From: Escherichia phage 55
Strand: one strand, 5' to 3'
Length of the DNA stretch: 64,000 nucleotides
Sequence record: OQ599310
Shown here: positions 54,634-63,776 of the stretch, piece after piece
Layout of the letters: every line of letters begins with the position of its first letter
Position numbering within the stretch: the stretch's first letter is position 1
Translations under genes and position numbers: made by a program
The notes under the pieces: model-generated
Seen by the model: only the letters and a program-made list of their open reading frames with translations
The model's database searches: none
What the model was told of the DNA's origin: nothing

Positions 54634-55053
54634 ATGAATATTGTAAATCTCTCTACAGGTGATTACGTATATGTATCTGTTGCTTCTCGCTCTAAAGTTG
54701 CCGGGAAGTTGGTTGAAGTTCTTTCTGTGAGTGATCCGGTTTTTGGTCGTAACCAAGTTAAAGTTCGTGATGCTAATGGTAATATTGGCTACGTCTCAAG
54801 CCAGTTCATTGAGCCAGAAGAAAAAGCGTTCAAATGGGGACTATGCAGATCAGTTTCTGTTGAAAAAGACCATGAATTCACTATTGCCGCGGCAACTGAT
54901 GGAACGCCATGGAAAACTAAGCAAATCGCCGGATTTATTAGCGACCGTTGGGTAGAAGATGGTGTTAAGCTTTATAACATCGTTTTCGCTGGTCAGTTCA
55001 TGGTAGTTCCTGAATTCCAAATTAAAAAATATAGCCCAGCTGCTTTCGCATAA
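54634..55053 (+). CDS. paralog 3 of the three-gene family
   Basis: GFISDRWVEDGVKLYNIVFAGQFMVV. Confidence 0.55.
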   Translation: MNIVNLSTGDYVYVSVASRSKVAGKLVEVLSVSDPVFGRNQVKVRDANGNIGYVSSQFIEPEEKAFKWGLCRSVSVEKDHEFTIAAATDGTPWKTKQIAGFISDRWVEDGVKLYNIVFAGQFMVVPEFQIKKYSPAAFA

Positions 55054-55057
55054 AGTT

Positions 55058-55106
55058 GTTTACTTCTCCTCTGGTTTTGATATTATAACCATATCAACCA
55101 GAGGAG
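55058..55106 (+). promoter_or_regulatory. early promoter with 11-bp inverted repeat whose downstream arm contains the RBS
   Basis: GTTTAC 55058..55063, TATTAT 55081..55086; CTCCTCTGGTT 55066..55076 / AACCAGAGGAG 55096..55106. Confidence 0.55.
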
Positions 55107-55112
55107 AATAAT

Positions 55113-55637
55113 ATGTTAGTTTACCGCGTAGAACGTAGTTTTTGTACTCAACGTGAATCATTACCAGGAATTGTTATCGAAGACGGTAAAGCCGTCAGAA
55201 TTTGGGAAACCTCTTGGAATAAAGAACCTCGCTCACCTTACGGTTGGTCTGGCACTGACAACTCTGAAGAAACATGGGAGTTCCTTGATAAGCATGGAAT
55301 ACTCTCAGGTAACTTCTACCATCACGGCGACAACTATAATGTCCCTAATCGTCCTACTGTAAATGAGGACAAACTTCTTGAACAAAATATCTTAAGATAC
55401 TACAGAATTGAGCACACATTTGAATTGAACGAAGATTGGGCTCAAGGGTTCTATTTTGGATTTGAAAGTGTTGACGCGGTTTATGCATGGTTTGATGACC
55501 AGGTGGATGTTGAACTCTTGAAAGCTAAAGGATACTACATCGCGGTCTATGAAGCACCTGATTTCATCCTCGGAAGTTGTCAATTAATGTTTAGACGTTC
55601 ATTGGCAGAACAAGTTGATTTTATTTTGCTAAAATGA
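55113..55637 (+). CDS. hypothetical protein (174 aa)
   Basis: GAGGAG RBS before ATG 55113. Confidence 0.55.
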   Translation: MLVYRVERSFCTQRESLPGIVIEDGKAVRIWETSWNKEPRSPYGWSGTDNSEETWEFLDKHGILSGNFYHHGDNYNVPNRPTVNEDKLLEQNILRYYRIEHTFELNEDWAQGFYFGFESVDAVYAWFDDQVDVELLKAKGYYIAVYEAPDFILGSCQLMFRRSLAEQVDFILLK

Positions 55638-55674
55638 TGTACAACAACTATGGTCTATGATACTATAGACCTAT
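55638..55674 (+). promoter_or_regulatory. early promoter (TGTACA + GGTCTATGATACTATAGACC inverted repeat)
   Basis: TGTACA 55638..55643; conserved ACTATAGACCTATC box. Confidence 0.5.
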
Positions 55675-55694
55675 CAAAACAAGAGGAGAATATT

Positions 55695-55922
55695 ATGAAA
55701 CGTCAAATCATTAAAAACGTAACTACTGATTCAAACATCGATGAGTTTGAAGATGTTCTGTTTAATCCTGATTTAGTTGTTGTACAGAAAAACTGGACCG
55801 AATTTTTATGCTACACTGAAGTGGTTTACGTTTACGAAAAACTCGGCGATGAAATGCCTATCTACGGTATCTTCCGTGAAATCACTGAAAACGGTACAAC
55901 TTATTGGAAGGAAACTTACTAA
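55695..55922 (+). CDS. hypothetical small protein (75 aa)
   Basis: AAGAGGAG RBS before ATG 55695. Confidence 0.45.
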   Translation: MKRQIIKNVTTDSNIDEFEDVLFNPDLVVVQKNWTEFLCYTEVVYVYEKLGDEMPIYGIFREITENGTTYWKETY

Positions 55923-56332
55923 TGGCTAATAAATTCCGCATTAACTCATGGTACCAATTTAAAGATAAACGTGCCCAAGAAGAGTTTATTAAAGACCATA
56001 CTGATAATGGGATTTATGCACGACGTCTTGGCCTGGAACCATTTAAAGTATTAGATGTTGACCATCTTGGTCGTCCTACTAAAATTGTGACATCTACTGG
56101 CATGGTTGGATACGCAACAGGCGGTGATATCCTTGATGAAAACTTTATCTGGCTCTCCACGAATGAAGCAGAGTTCTTTGACGAAGTTGGAAATCCATAT
56201 CAAGAGTCTGAAGAGCAAGATTCTAGTGAACTTGGTGAATTGTCTGAATTTCCGGTGATGTCGATTACTATCGAAAATAACGACCAGGCATGGTCTTTGT
56301 ATCAAATGTTGAAAGCACATTTTAAGGAATAA
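55922..56332 (+). CDS. hypothetical acidic protein (136 aa)
   Basis: TAATG-coupled start. Confidence 0.5.
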   Translation: MANKFRINSWYQFKDKRAQEEFIKDHTDNGIYARRLGLEPFKVLDVDHLGRPTKIVTSTGMVGYATGGDILDENFIWLSTNEAEFFDEVGNPYQESEEQDSSELGELSEFPVMSITIENNDQAWSLYQMLKAHFKE

Positions 56333-56337
56333 TAATA

Positions 56338-56517
56338 ATGCCGTTATACGACTATAAATGTCAATCTGAAGATTGTGGTCATGAATATGAAAAAATTAAA
56401 AGAATTTCTGAACGAGAAAACGATGTTTGCCCTGAATGTCATCGTCTGTCTACTCGTCGGGTTTCTGCTCCTAAACATGTGAACGGTGGTTTTTACGACT
56501 TACTTAAGAAGGGATAA
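56338..56517 (+). CDS. FmdB-type zinc-ribbon protein (59 aa), not in track
   Basis: MPLYDYKCQSEDCGHEYE...CPECH matches the MP-x-Y-[DE]-Y-x-C...C-G...C-P-x-C zinc-ribbon signature. Confidence 0.5.
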   Translation: MPLYDYKCQSEDCGHEYEKIKRISERENDVCPECHRLSTRRVSAPKHVNGGFYDLLKKG

Positions 56518-56519
56518 TT

Positions 56520-56942
56520 ATGGCTTTTAAAGGTTTTGAAGTTGGTAAGAAATATCGTATTATCAAAGGTCAAGAAGATAATTTCTTGAGAATTCTTAAT
56601 ACAACTGGTAAACGTCTTAACACTACTCTGCATACAGTTTTATTATCAAGAGATTTTATTGTAGAAGAGATGATTGGTTACGGTGTTTCAATGATTGCCG
56701 CTGAAACCGATGGACCTGGACGTACAATCATTAGTATGCAAGGTGATATTCTGCTTTATGGTGCAGAATTTAAATTCTTTGAAGAAGTTAAGGAACCAGA
56801 TACAGCTGTCGATTTCAAAAAAGGCTCTATAGAATTTGTTGATGGTTCGGTTATCGTATCAGGCGATGTGGTCATTACAGTTAAAAGTGAACAAGGGCGT
56901 TTGGCTGCAATTGATGCACTTCAGAAAATTAAATTTAAATAA
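56520..56942 (+). CDS. hypothetical protein (140 aa)
   Basis: ATG right after upstream stop; terminator follows. Confidence 0.55.
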   Translation: MAFKGFEVGKKYRIIKGQEDNFLRILNTTGKRLNTTLHTVLLSRDFIVEEMIGYGVSMIAAETDGPGRTIISMQGDILLYGAEFKFFEEVKEPDTAVDFKKGSIEFVDGSVIVSGDVVITVKSEQGRLAAIDALQKIKFK

Positions 56943-56959
56943 GGGCTTCGGCCCTTTTT
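56943..56959 (+). terminator. stem-loop terminator with UUCG tetraloop
   Basis: GGGC-TTCG-GCCC + TTTTT. Confidence 0.6.
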
Positions 56960-56983
56960 GCTTTAGATTTCGGATGATAGAAT
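56959..56983 (+). promoter_or_regulatory. middle promoter of gene 39 (MotA box TGCTTTA + TAGAAT)
   Basis: TGCTTTA 56959..56965, 12-nt gap, TAGAAT 56978..56983; shares CGGATGATAGAAT with the gene 47 promoter. Confidence 0.55.
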
Positions 56984-57005
56984 ACCTTCATAACGAGGAG
57001 ACAAC

Positions 57006-58823
57006 ATGATTAAAAATGAAATTAAGGTATTGTCAGATGTAGAACATATTAAGAAACGTAGTGGTATGTATATTGGTTCTTCTGCTAAAGAAGCCCACGA
57101 GCGTTTTTTGTTTGGTAAATATCAACAAGTTGAATATGTTCCTGGCCTGGTTAAATTAATCGATGAGATTATTGACAACTCGGTTGATGAAGCTATTCGT
57201 ACATCATTTAAGTTTGCAAATAAAATTGATGTGCAAATTAAAAATAATCAAGTTTCGGTGGAAGATAACGGACGTGGTATTCCTCAAGGTTTAGTTACCG
57301 ACCAAACAGGTGAACAAATTCCTGGGCCTGTAGCAGCCTGGACTATTCCAAAGGCCGGTGGTAACTTTGGTGATGATTCTGAACGCAAGACTGGTGGTAT
57401 GAACGGCGTCGGGAGTAGTTTAACTAATATCTTCTCTACGTTGTTTACAGGCATCACGTCAGATGGCGAAAATGAAATCACTGTTAACTGTTCAAACGGA
57501 ATGGAAAACAAATCATGGTCTTCTAAGAAATCTAAAGGTAAAGGCACTAAAGTAATCTTCACTCCTGATTTCACTTCATTTGAAGAGCATAATTTATCTC
57601 AAATTTATTTAGATATTACTTTAGACCGACTTCAAACATTGGCAGTCGTTTATCCTGATATCAAGTTCACATTTAATGGTAAAAAGGTTGATGGTAATTT
57701 TAAACGATTTGCTAAACAATTTGGTGAAGATAACATCATTCAAGAAAATGATAAAGTCTCTATAGCATTCACAACATCACCAGATGGCTTCCGTCATTTA
57801 ACTTATGTGAATAACATCCATACTAAAAATGGTGGTCATCATGTTGAATGTGTAATGGATGATATCTGCGAACATCTTTTGCCGGGTATTAAAAAGAAAT
57901 ATAAGGGTATTGAAGTCACTAAAGCTCGTGTTAAAGAATGTCTCACAATGTTGATGTTTATTAGAGACATGAGCAACATGCGTTTTGATTCTCAGACTAA
58001 AGAACGTTTAACGTCAACGTATGGTGATATTCGTAATCATATCCAATTAGATACTAAGAAAATTGCTCAGGCACTTCTTAAAAACGAAGCCTTGATTATG
58101 CCTATTGTTGAAGCAGCATTAGCTCGTAAATTGGCGGCAGAAAAGGCTGCAGAAACTAAAGCAGCTAAAAAGGCAACTAAAGCTAAGGTTCATAAGCATA
58201 TTAAAGCTAACCAATGTGGTAAAGATGCAGATACGACATTGTTTTTAACAGAAGGTGATTCGGCAATTGGTTATCTCATTGATGTTCGTGACCGTGAACT
58301 ACACGGTGGATTCCCATTACGTGGTAAGGTGATGAATAGCTGGGGTATGTCATATGCTGATATGATGAAGAACAAAGAGCTCTTTGATATCTGTGCTATC
58401 ACGGGTCTTATTCTTGGTGAAAAGGCAGAGAATACGAACTATCGTAATATTGCAATTATGACTGATGCCGATCATGACGGTCTTGGAAGCATTTATCCGG
58501 CTTTGCTTGCTTTCTTTAGTAATTGGCCTGAATTGTTTGAACAAGGACGTATTCGCTTTGTTAAAACACCTGTAATTATTGCACAAATTGGCAAAACTCA
58601 AAAATGGTTTTATACTGTAGCTGAGTATGAAGAAGTTAAAGATACACTGCCTAAGCATAGTATTCGATACATCAAGGGATTAGGCTCACTTGAAAAGTCA
58701 GAATATCGTGAAATGATTCAGAACCCTGTGTACGACGTAGTTAAACTTCCTGAAAATTGGAAAGAACTCTTTGAAATGTTGATGGGTGATGATTCAGAAC
58801 TTCGTAAAGAATGGATGTCCTAA
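57006..58823 (+). CDS. 39: topoisomerase II large (ATPase) subunit, fused gene 39+60 type
   Basis: 605 aa; GHKL ATPase motifs (IDNSVDEA, GRGIP, GGMNGVGSS) and TOPRIM-like EGDSA; one continuous ORF. Confidence 0.9.
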   Translation: MIKNEIKVLSDVEHIKKRSGMYIGSSAKEAHERFLFGKYQQVEYVPGLVKLIDEIIDNSVDEAIRTSFKFANKIDVQIKNNQVSVEDNGRGIPQGLVTDQTGEQIPGPVAAWTIPKAGGNFGDDSERKTGGMNGVGSSLTNIFSTLFTGITSDGENEITVNCSNGMENKSWSSKKSKGKGTKVIFTPDFTSFEEHNLSQIYLDITLDRLQTLAVVYPDIKFTFNGKKVDGNFKRFAKQFGEDNIIQENDKVSIAFTTSPDGFRHLTYVNNIHTKNGGHHVECVMDDICEHLLPGIKKKYKGIEVTKARVKECLTMLMFIRDMSNMRFDSQTKERLTSTYGDIRNHIQLDTKKIAQALLKNEALIMPIVEAALARKLAAEKAAETKAAKKATKAKVHKHIKANQCGKDADTTLFLTEGDSAIGYLIDVRDRELHGGFPLRGKVMNSWGMSYADMMKNKELFDICAITGLILGEKAENTNYRNIAIMTDADHDGLGSIYPALLAFFSNWPELFEQGRIRFVKTPVIIAQIGKTQKWFYTVAEYEEVKDTLPKHSIRYIKGLGSLEKSEYREMIQNPVYDVVKLPENWKELFEMLMGDDSELRKEWMS

Positions 58824-58845
58824 GCTCCTTCGGGAGCTTCATTTT
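58823..58845 (+). terminator. stem-loop with UUCG tetraloop after gene 39
   Basis: AGCTCC-TTCG-GGAGCT followed by T-rich tract. Confidence 0.5.
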
Positions 58846-58865
58846 AATTTTAATAAGGCTTAATT

Positions 58866-59966
58866 ATGAAAGTTATGTTTATCCCATCTCGTGCAGTCCC
58901 ATTTAATCCTGACCGTGTACAAGGTGGTCTTGAAGCAGTACATTTAAATGTGTTGAAATATTTAGTTTCTATCGGTGCCGATATTGATTATATTGGTTTT
59001 GATAATGACACATTTGGTGATTGGAAGGTTAATCATCATCCTGTTGGTCATCTGACTAAATTCAGTCTAGGTATGAGTTATACTATGGCTCGTAAGATTG
59101 TTGAACTAGCCGGCATCCATGAATACGATTTTGTTGTTACTATGGAACCGACTAAACTAACCGTTCAGGCAATTAAAGACGCAGGTCTCTCTAAAGTTCA
59201 TAAGAATTTTATGGCAACACCATTTGAACCGGTATCTCGTGGCATTGTTCAAATTTGGGACCAGACTATTCAAATTCATAAGAACGGTGGTAAGAGTTAT
59301 GCTCCTACTAAAGCCTTCCGTGAATTTGAACGTAAATATTGTTATATGACTTCAGGTCTGACTGACAAAATTGATTATGATTATTGGCGAGCAAATCCGT
59401 TGTTTGAAGCCGAAGATTATCCGGTTATTTGTTTGAATGAGAAACCTGAAGTTCTTCCGGCGACTGATCTGATTATTAGTGCACAACGTTATGACACTAA
59501 AATGCGTCGTACTGATGTTGCTCTTGAAGCGATTAAAGCACTAGGCGAAAATGGTGCAGGATACTGTCCTAGTAAATGGGCACCACCAGCTAAATATCCT
59601 GTTATTATTGATGCTCCACACAGTGAAATTATGGAACGTCTTAAAACAGCTAAAGCACTTATTAATACGTGTCCTGACACAGGTACGGTAGAGAATAGTT
59701 CTATTGAAGCCATCTCTAAAGGTGTCCCTGTAATCCAGCTAGTTTTTAAGGATTATCCTCATGCGACATTTGAATACGACCCAGATACTGTGCGTGTAGA
59801 AATTGATTCCTCTACTCCTAAGAAAGAAGTAGTTGCGCTTTACACAAAAGCTGTATTAGAATTCACTGACACATACGAAGCTCGAGTTAAACGTGCTGAA
59901 GCAGTATGGAAGAAGTATAACCGAGATGCGGTTGTTGCGATGTGGGATAAAATCTTCACAGCGTAA
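58866..59966 (+). CDS. GT-B-fold (GT4-like) glycosyltransferase; candidate DNA hydroxymethylcytosine glycosyl(arabinosyl)transferase
   Basis: N-terminal GGLEAVHLNVLKYLVSIG and C-terminal E-x7-E-like ENSSIEAISKGVPVI; sits where T4 has gene 60/mobA; no alpha-/beta-gt homolog elsewhere in the window. Confidence 0.5.
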   Translation: MKVMFIPSRAVPFNPDRVQGGLEAVHLNVLKYLVSIGADIDYIGFDNDTFGDWKVNHHPVGHLTKFSLGMSYTMARKIVELAGIHEYDFVVTMEPTKLTVQAIKDAGLSKVHKNFMATPFEPVSRGIVQIWDQTIQIHKNGGKSYAPTKAFREFERKYCYMTSGLTDKIDYDYWRANPLFEAEDYPVICLNEKPEVLPATDLIISAQRYDTKMRRTDVALEAIKALGENGAGYCPSKWAPPAKYPVIIDAPHSEIMERLKTAKALINTCPDTGTVENSSIEAISKGVPVIQLVFKDYPHATFEYDPDTVRVEIDSSTPKKEVVALYTKAVLEFTDTYEARVKRAEAVWKKYNRDAVVAMWDKIFTA

Positions 59967-59981
59967 ATCCTGAATCGCCTG

Positions 59982-60032
59982 AGGCACTATTACACATAAG
60001 ATGATAGATTATATGGTCTTTAGTAATAGTGC
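59982..60032 (+). promoter_or_regulatory. 11-bp perfect inverted repeat bracketing a promoter-like region upstream of rIIA.1
   Basis: GGCACTATTAC 59982..59992 / GTAATAGTGCC 60022..60032, 29-nt spacer containing GATGATAGATTAT. Confidence 0.4.
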
Positions 60033-60058
60033 CCTAGGAATCTACTGAAGAGAATATT

Positions 60059-60259
60059 ATGAGAACATATAACGTGGACTTGGAACTTTTTGATAAAGCA
60101 GTGCTCCGGGAATTCCGGCTTATCCAAAGATTTTTTGATATCGAGTCAGCAGAGTCCTTTAAAGAACGCTTTAAAGAAATTCGATATAAAATACAAACCG
60201 ATACAGCTACTAAAGAAGAACTTCTTGAAGTAGCAGAAATTTTTAAACGTAACTTGTGA
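60059..60259 (+). CDS. rIIA.1: rIIA.1-like small protein
   Basis: 66-aa ORF immediately upstream of rIIA; AAGAGAA RBS. Confidence 0.5.
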   Translation: MRTYNVDLELFDKAVLREFRLIQRFFDIESAESFKERFKEIRYKIQTDTATKEELLEVAEIFKRNL

Positions 60260-60271
60260 TGAGAGAAAAAT

Positions 60272-62485
60272 ATGATTATTGAAACGGCTAAAGAAACGAT
60301 TATTGGTTCAGGCGGTAAGAGCACAGCATTCACTATTCAAGGCAATAGCAAAGTTTATAAGATTTTGTCTAATGACCTTTATACAAACAAAGAATTGGCT
60401 TGTGTACGTGAATTAATTACAAACTGTATCGATGGACAAATTCTTAACGGTTGCACTGATAAGTTTATTGTTCAGGCTCCAGGTCGTTTAGACCCACGTT
60501 TTGTAGTTCGTGATTTTGGACCTGGTATGAGCGATTTCACCATTCGAGGTAATGACGAAGAGCCAGGAATTTATAACTCATATTTTGCTTCAACTAAAAC
60601 ATCGAGTAACGATTTCATTGGTGGATTCGGACTCGGCTCTAAAGCTCCATTAGCATATACCGATACGTTTAACCTTACGTCTTATCACAACGGTGAAGTT
60701 CGTGGTTACGTAATCTACCAAGATGACACAGGTCCACAAATTAAGCCGACCTTTGTAGATAAGATGGGTCCTGATGACCGTACGGGTGTAGAAGTAGTTG
60801 TACCGGTTAACCCGGAAGATTTTGAAAAGTTTGCATCCGAAATTGCATATGTTATGCGTCCTCTAGGTGATATTGCAGAAGTTCGTGGTGTTAAAGATAT
60901 TAAATACTTCCCAGAATTTGATGATGTATATTTGGCCAAGGAAGCTCCATGGGGTGAACGTGGTAATATCATGGCTGTTTATGGTGGTATTGTATATCCA
61001 ATCGGAAGTGTTATTAAAGAACAAACATGGATGATGACGCGATGCACTACAGCTTATATTAAATTCCCTATGGGTGAACTAGACGTAGCTCCGTCTCGTG
61101 AAGCATTGTCATTTGATAAACGTACAGTAGCAAATATCCATAAACGCGTTGCAGAAATCGATGCTAAATTGTTCGCTGAAGATTCTAAGAAATGGATTGA
61201 TTGTAAATACCCACGTCATGTGTTCCGTGAAATTGATTCTCTTGGCTATACCGCTCGTAAATACATGGAAAAGGCCGGGTCTAATATTGAATCACTGAAA
61301 TACTCTAAAGAACAACTAACTTATTCTGAGTTGTACAAACGTTTTAAAATGGGGCCTGAGTGGTGTAATCTTGGCGTCGTATATGATATCGTTGAATCCC
61401 CTCGTCTTCGTCGTATTCGTGAAAGTGGTAGCTCAACGGCAACCATTTCAATTAACAGTCTGATTGGCATTAACATTAAAAATGTTGAAATTGTTATTGA
61501 CGACGTTAAGGGACGCGTTCCATTAATGCGAGCTCTTAATTCAATTGAAATGTCTAAAGACGAGGTTAAATTAACTGGTAAAGTTCCACGCGGTTTTGGT
61601 AAAAGTGTACTATTCGTTGACCCTACAGACGAAGATGCAATGAAACTTCTGGAACGCCTTAAAGTTATCTTTGATGGCGACAACATTAACATGTACAAGA
61701 CTTCAGAGCTTTTACAAATCGTTAAGCCATGGATTGAAGTCAGGAAACGAACTAATGAGCCTCGTCCTAAATCCCCAAGTGCTCATCGGTTCTTTAAGAA
61801 TGAAAACGATGTTTGGGTATCAGAAGATCTCTTTATTCCAGCGAGTGAAGCAGATGAAATCCAAGGTTATGCTGTAATTCGTAATCGTTCTAATGCTGAA
61901 TGTCTTGACGCAGATAAAGGTTGGTTGAACTATGACTCCAATTTCTTGACCCGTATTGCTGATTTGTCAGGTATTAAAGAGTTCACTGTAGTTCGTCCAC
62001 AGATTGCTAAGAAAGTTCGTAAACTTGGTGAAGTAGAATGCTTGTTCGAAAAATCAATTAATGACTATATTACGCTAATCGATAAAGTGGATTATGATGA
62101 GTATGTATCACCAAGTCGTAGAGCACAGCCTTATTTGAATCATATTACTCGTAACGAAGAGCTTAACTTCCTTAGTAAGTATTTTAGCTCTAAGAACAAA
62201 GAAATCAGTAAAGACTTTGCAAAACTCTCAACAGTAAATAATCGTTGGGGATGGAATCGATTCGCAGGTGCTACTAATACAGACCTGAATAAGAAGTTAG
62301 AATTGTGTGCTAAAATTTTCGATAAGCTTAAAGATAATGCTTACGATAATGATGATAAAATGGTTATTGAATTCGAAACCAATTATCATATTGTGTCAGA
62401 CTACATGGGACGACGTGGTACTCTTTCTAAAGAACAAGTCGCTCAAATCGTTAAATTCATGAAGGCCGTGGAAGCGGCCAAATAA
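60272..62485 (+). CDS. rIIA: rIIA membrane-associated protein (GHKL ATPase-like N-terminus)
   Basis: MIIETAKETIIGSGGKSTAFTIQG...YTNKELACVRELITNCIDG matches T4 rIIA as recalled; 737 aa. Confidence 0.9.
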   Translation: MIIETAKETIIGSGGKSTAFTIQGNSKVYKILSNDLYTNKELACVRELITNCIDGQILNGCTDKFIVQAPGRLDPRFVVRDFGPGMSDFTIRGNDEEPGIYNSYFASTKTSSNDFIGGFGLGSKAPLAYTDTFNLTSYHNGEVRGYVIYQDDTGPQIKPTFVDKMGPDDRTGVEVVVPVNPEDFEKFASEIAYVMRPLGDIAEVRGVKDIKYFPEFDDVYLAKEAPWGERGNIMAVYGGIVYPIGSVIKEQTWMMTRCTTAYIKFPMGELDVAPSREALSFDKRTVANIHKRVAEIDAKLFAEDSKKWIDCKYPRHVFREIDSLGYTARKYMEKAGSNIESLKYSKEQLTYSELYKRFKMGPEWCNLGVVYDIVESPRLRRIRESGSSTATISINSLIGINIKNVEIVIDDVKGRVPLMRALNSIEMSKDEVKLTGKVPRGFGKSVLFVDPTDEDAMKLLERLKVIFDGDNINMYKTSELLQIVKPWIEVRKRTNEPRPKSPSAHRFFKNENDVWVSEDLFIPASEADEIQGYAVIRNRSNAECLDADKGWLNYDSNFLTRIADLSGIKEFTVVRPQIAKKVRKLGEVECLFEKSINDYITLIDKVDYDEYVSPSRRAQPYLNHITRNEELNFLSKYFSSKNKEISKDFAKLSTVNNRWGWNRFAGATNTDLNKKLELCAKIFDKLKDNAYDNDDKMVIEFETNYHIVSDYMGRRGTLSKEQVAQIVKFMKAVEAAK

Positions 62486-62494
62486 GGAAACATT

Positions 62495-63430
62495 ATGTAC
62501 AATATCAAATGCTTGTCCCAAGAAGAACAGTTAGAAGCTTACGGCCTGGTTGAATCAGGCAAATGGACTCGTAAAGAAATTGCCGATTACTTCAATATTT
62601 CTACTGACACTCTTCGTAAGATTGTTAAGAACTTTAAAGCTGAAGAGAAAGCAGCTGAATTTGAAGACGAAGAACAGGTCCAAGAAAATGATGAACCTAT
62701 TATCGGCGGACATCGTCCTGAAATCGTATGGAACGCGTCATCTAAATTTATTTCAATCATTGAAGGACGCGTAGCATACAATGCGACCCCATCAAGTCAT
62801 GCAAATTTTGAAGAAATTAAAGCTAATCTGGTCGCAGGAAACCTTAGTAAAGCTGTCGAACTTATTAACATCAAGAAAGCTATTACTAAGTTTGTTGATG
62901 GTAATGTTACTATTGAAGGTGGTAGTTTATTTTATCAAGGTATAGAGATTCGTTCAGGGCTGGTTAACCGTATTATTGATTCCATGGAAAAAGGCGAAGA
63001 CTTTAAATTCTATCTGCCATTCCTTGAAAACTTGTTAGAAAACCCAAGCGAAAAAGCTGTACAACGTTTATTCGACTTCTTGGTTGCAAACGATATTGAA
63101 ATCACTGAAGATGGGTATTTCTATGCGTGGAAAGTAGTTCGTAAGGACTATTTAGACTGCTATAGTGGTACATTTGATAACTCCCCAGGTAAAGTTGTTT
63201 CAATGCCTCGTACTCGAGTTAACGACGATGATACTCAAACCTGTTCTCGCGGTCTCCACGTTTGTGCTAAATCTTATATTCGCCACTTTGGTTCAAGCTC
63301 AGATAAAGTTGTTAAGGTTAAAGTTCATCCACGTGATGTTGTATCCATCCCGGTTGACTATGGTGATGCTAAGATGCGTACTTGTCGTTATGAAGTAATT
63401 TCAGACGTTACTGAATTATTTGCAGAATAA
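62495..63430 (+). CDS. rIIB: rIIB protein
   Basis: MYNIKCLSQEEQ...; 311 aa directly after rIIA. Confidence 0.85.
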   Translation: MYNIKCLSQEEQLEAYGLVESGKWTRKEIADYFNISTDTLRKIVKNFKAEEKAAEFEDEEQVQENDEPIIGGHRPEIVWNASSKFISIIEGRVAYNATPSSHANFEEIKANLVAGNLSKAVELINIKKAITKFVDGNVTIEGGSLFYQGIEIRSGLVNRIIDSMEKGEDFKFYLPFLENLLENPSEKAVQRLFDFLVANDIEITEDGYFYAWKVVRKDYLDCYSGTFDNSPGKVVSMPRTRVNDDDTQTCSRGLHVCAKSYIRHFGSSSDKVVKVKVHPRDVVSIPVDYGDAKMRTCRYEVISDVTELFAE

Positions 63431-63435
63431 TAATT

Positions 63436-63458
63436 GGGGACTTCGGTCCCCTTTTTTT
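63436..63458 (+). terminator. strong rho-independent terminator (UUCG tetraloop, U7) after rIIB
   Basis: GGGGAC-TTCG-GTCCCC + TTTTTTT. Confidence 0.75.
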
Positions 63459-63472
63459 CTTTAGGGGTAATT

Positions 63473-63760
63473 ATGATTCATCCATTTGACGTATCAGAAT
63501 CCAAAATTGCTAATCTTCGTGGTCATCATAAGTGTAAATCAGTTTATTGTGCTAAATTGGTAAAACATCCTGGTGATGCACACTATGGCTGGTTAGAATG
63601 CGACGAAGTTGTTAATGAAATTCCACCGGTAGATGCTAACTATCTTGAAGAAGGAGACCGCATTTATTTTGGCGAACTACACATCAGAGGTATCTATGGT
63701 AAAGACGAACTTGGGACTGTTGAGACTGAAGAATCTTCCGACATTTATCCTGTCGAATGA
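63473..63760 (+). CDS. hypothetical Cys/His-containing small protein
   Basis: ATG 63473 (track ORF 63434 starts inside the terminator). Confidence 0.45.
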   Translation: MIHPFDVSESKIANLRGHHKCKSVYCAKLVKHPGDAHYGWLECDEVVNEIPPVDANYLEEGDRIYFGELHIRGIYGKDELGTVETEESSDIYPVE

Positions 63761-63776
63761 GTTTTTGACTAGTGAA

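Noticed and set aside
57006-59966. Gene 60-type translational bypass (hop) element
   Set aside because: Gene 39 reads through as a single 605-aa ORF and the downstream gene is a glycosyltransferase-like ORF with no take-off/landing codon arrangement
6731-63458. Possibility that the recurring TTCG-loop hairpins are a CRISPR-like or other repeat array
   Set aside because: Stems differ in sequence, copies are dispersed at gene boundaries rather than regularly spaced, and each is followed by a T tract, so they are terminator-type hairpins
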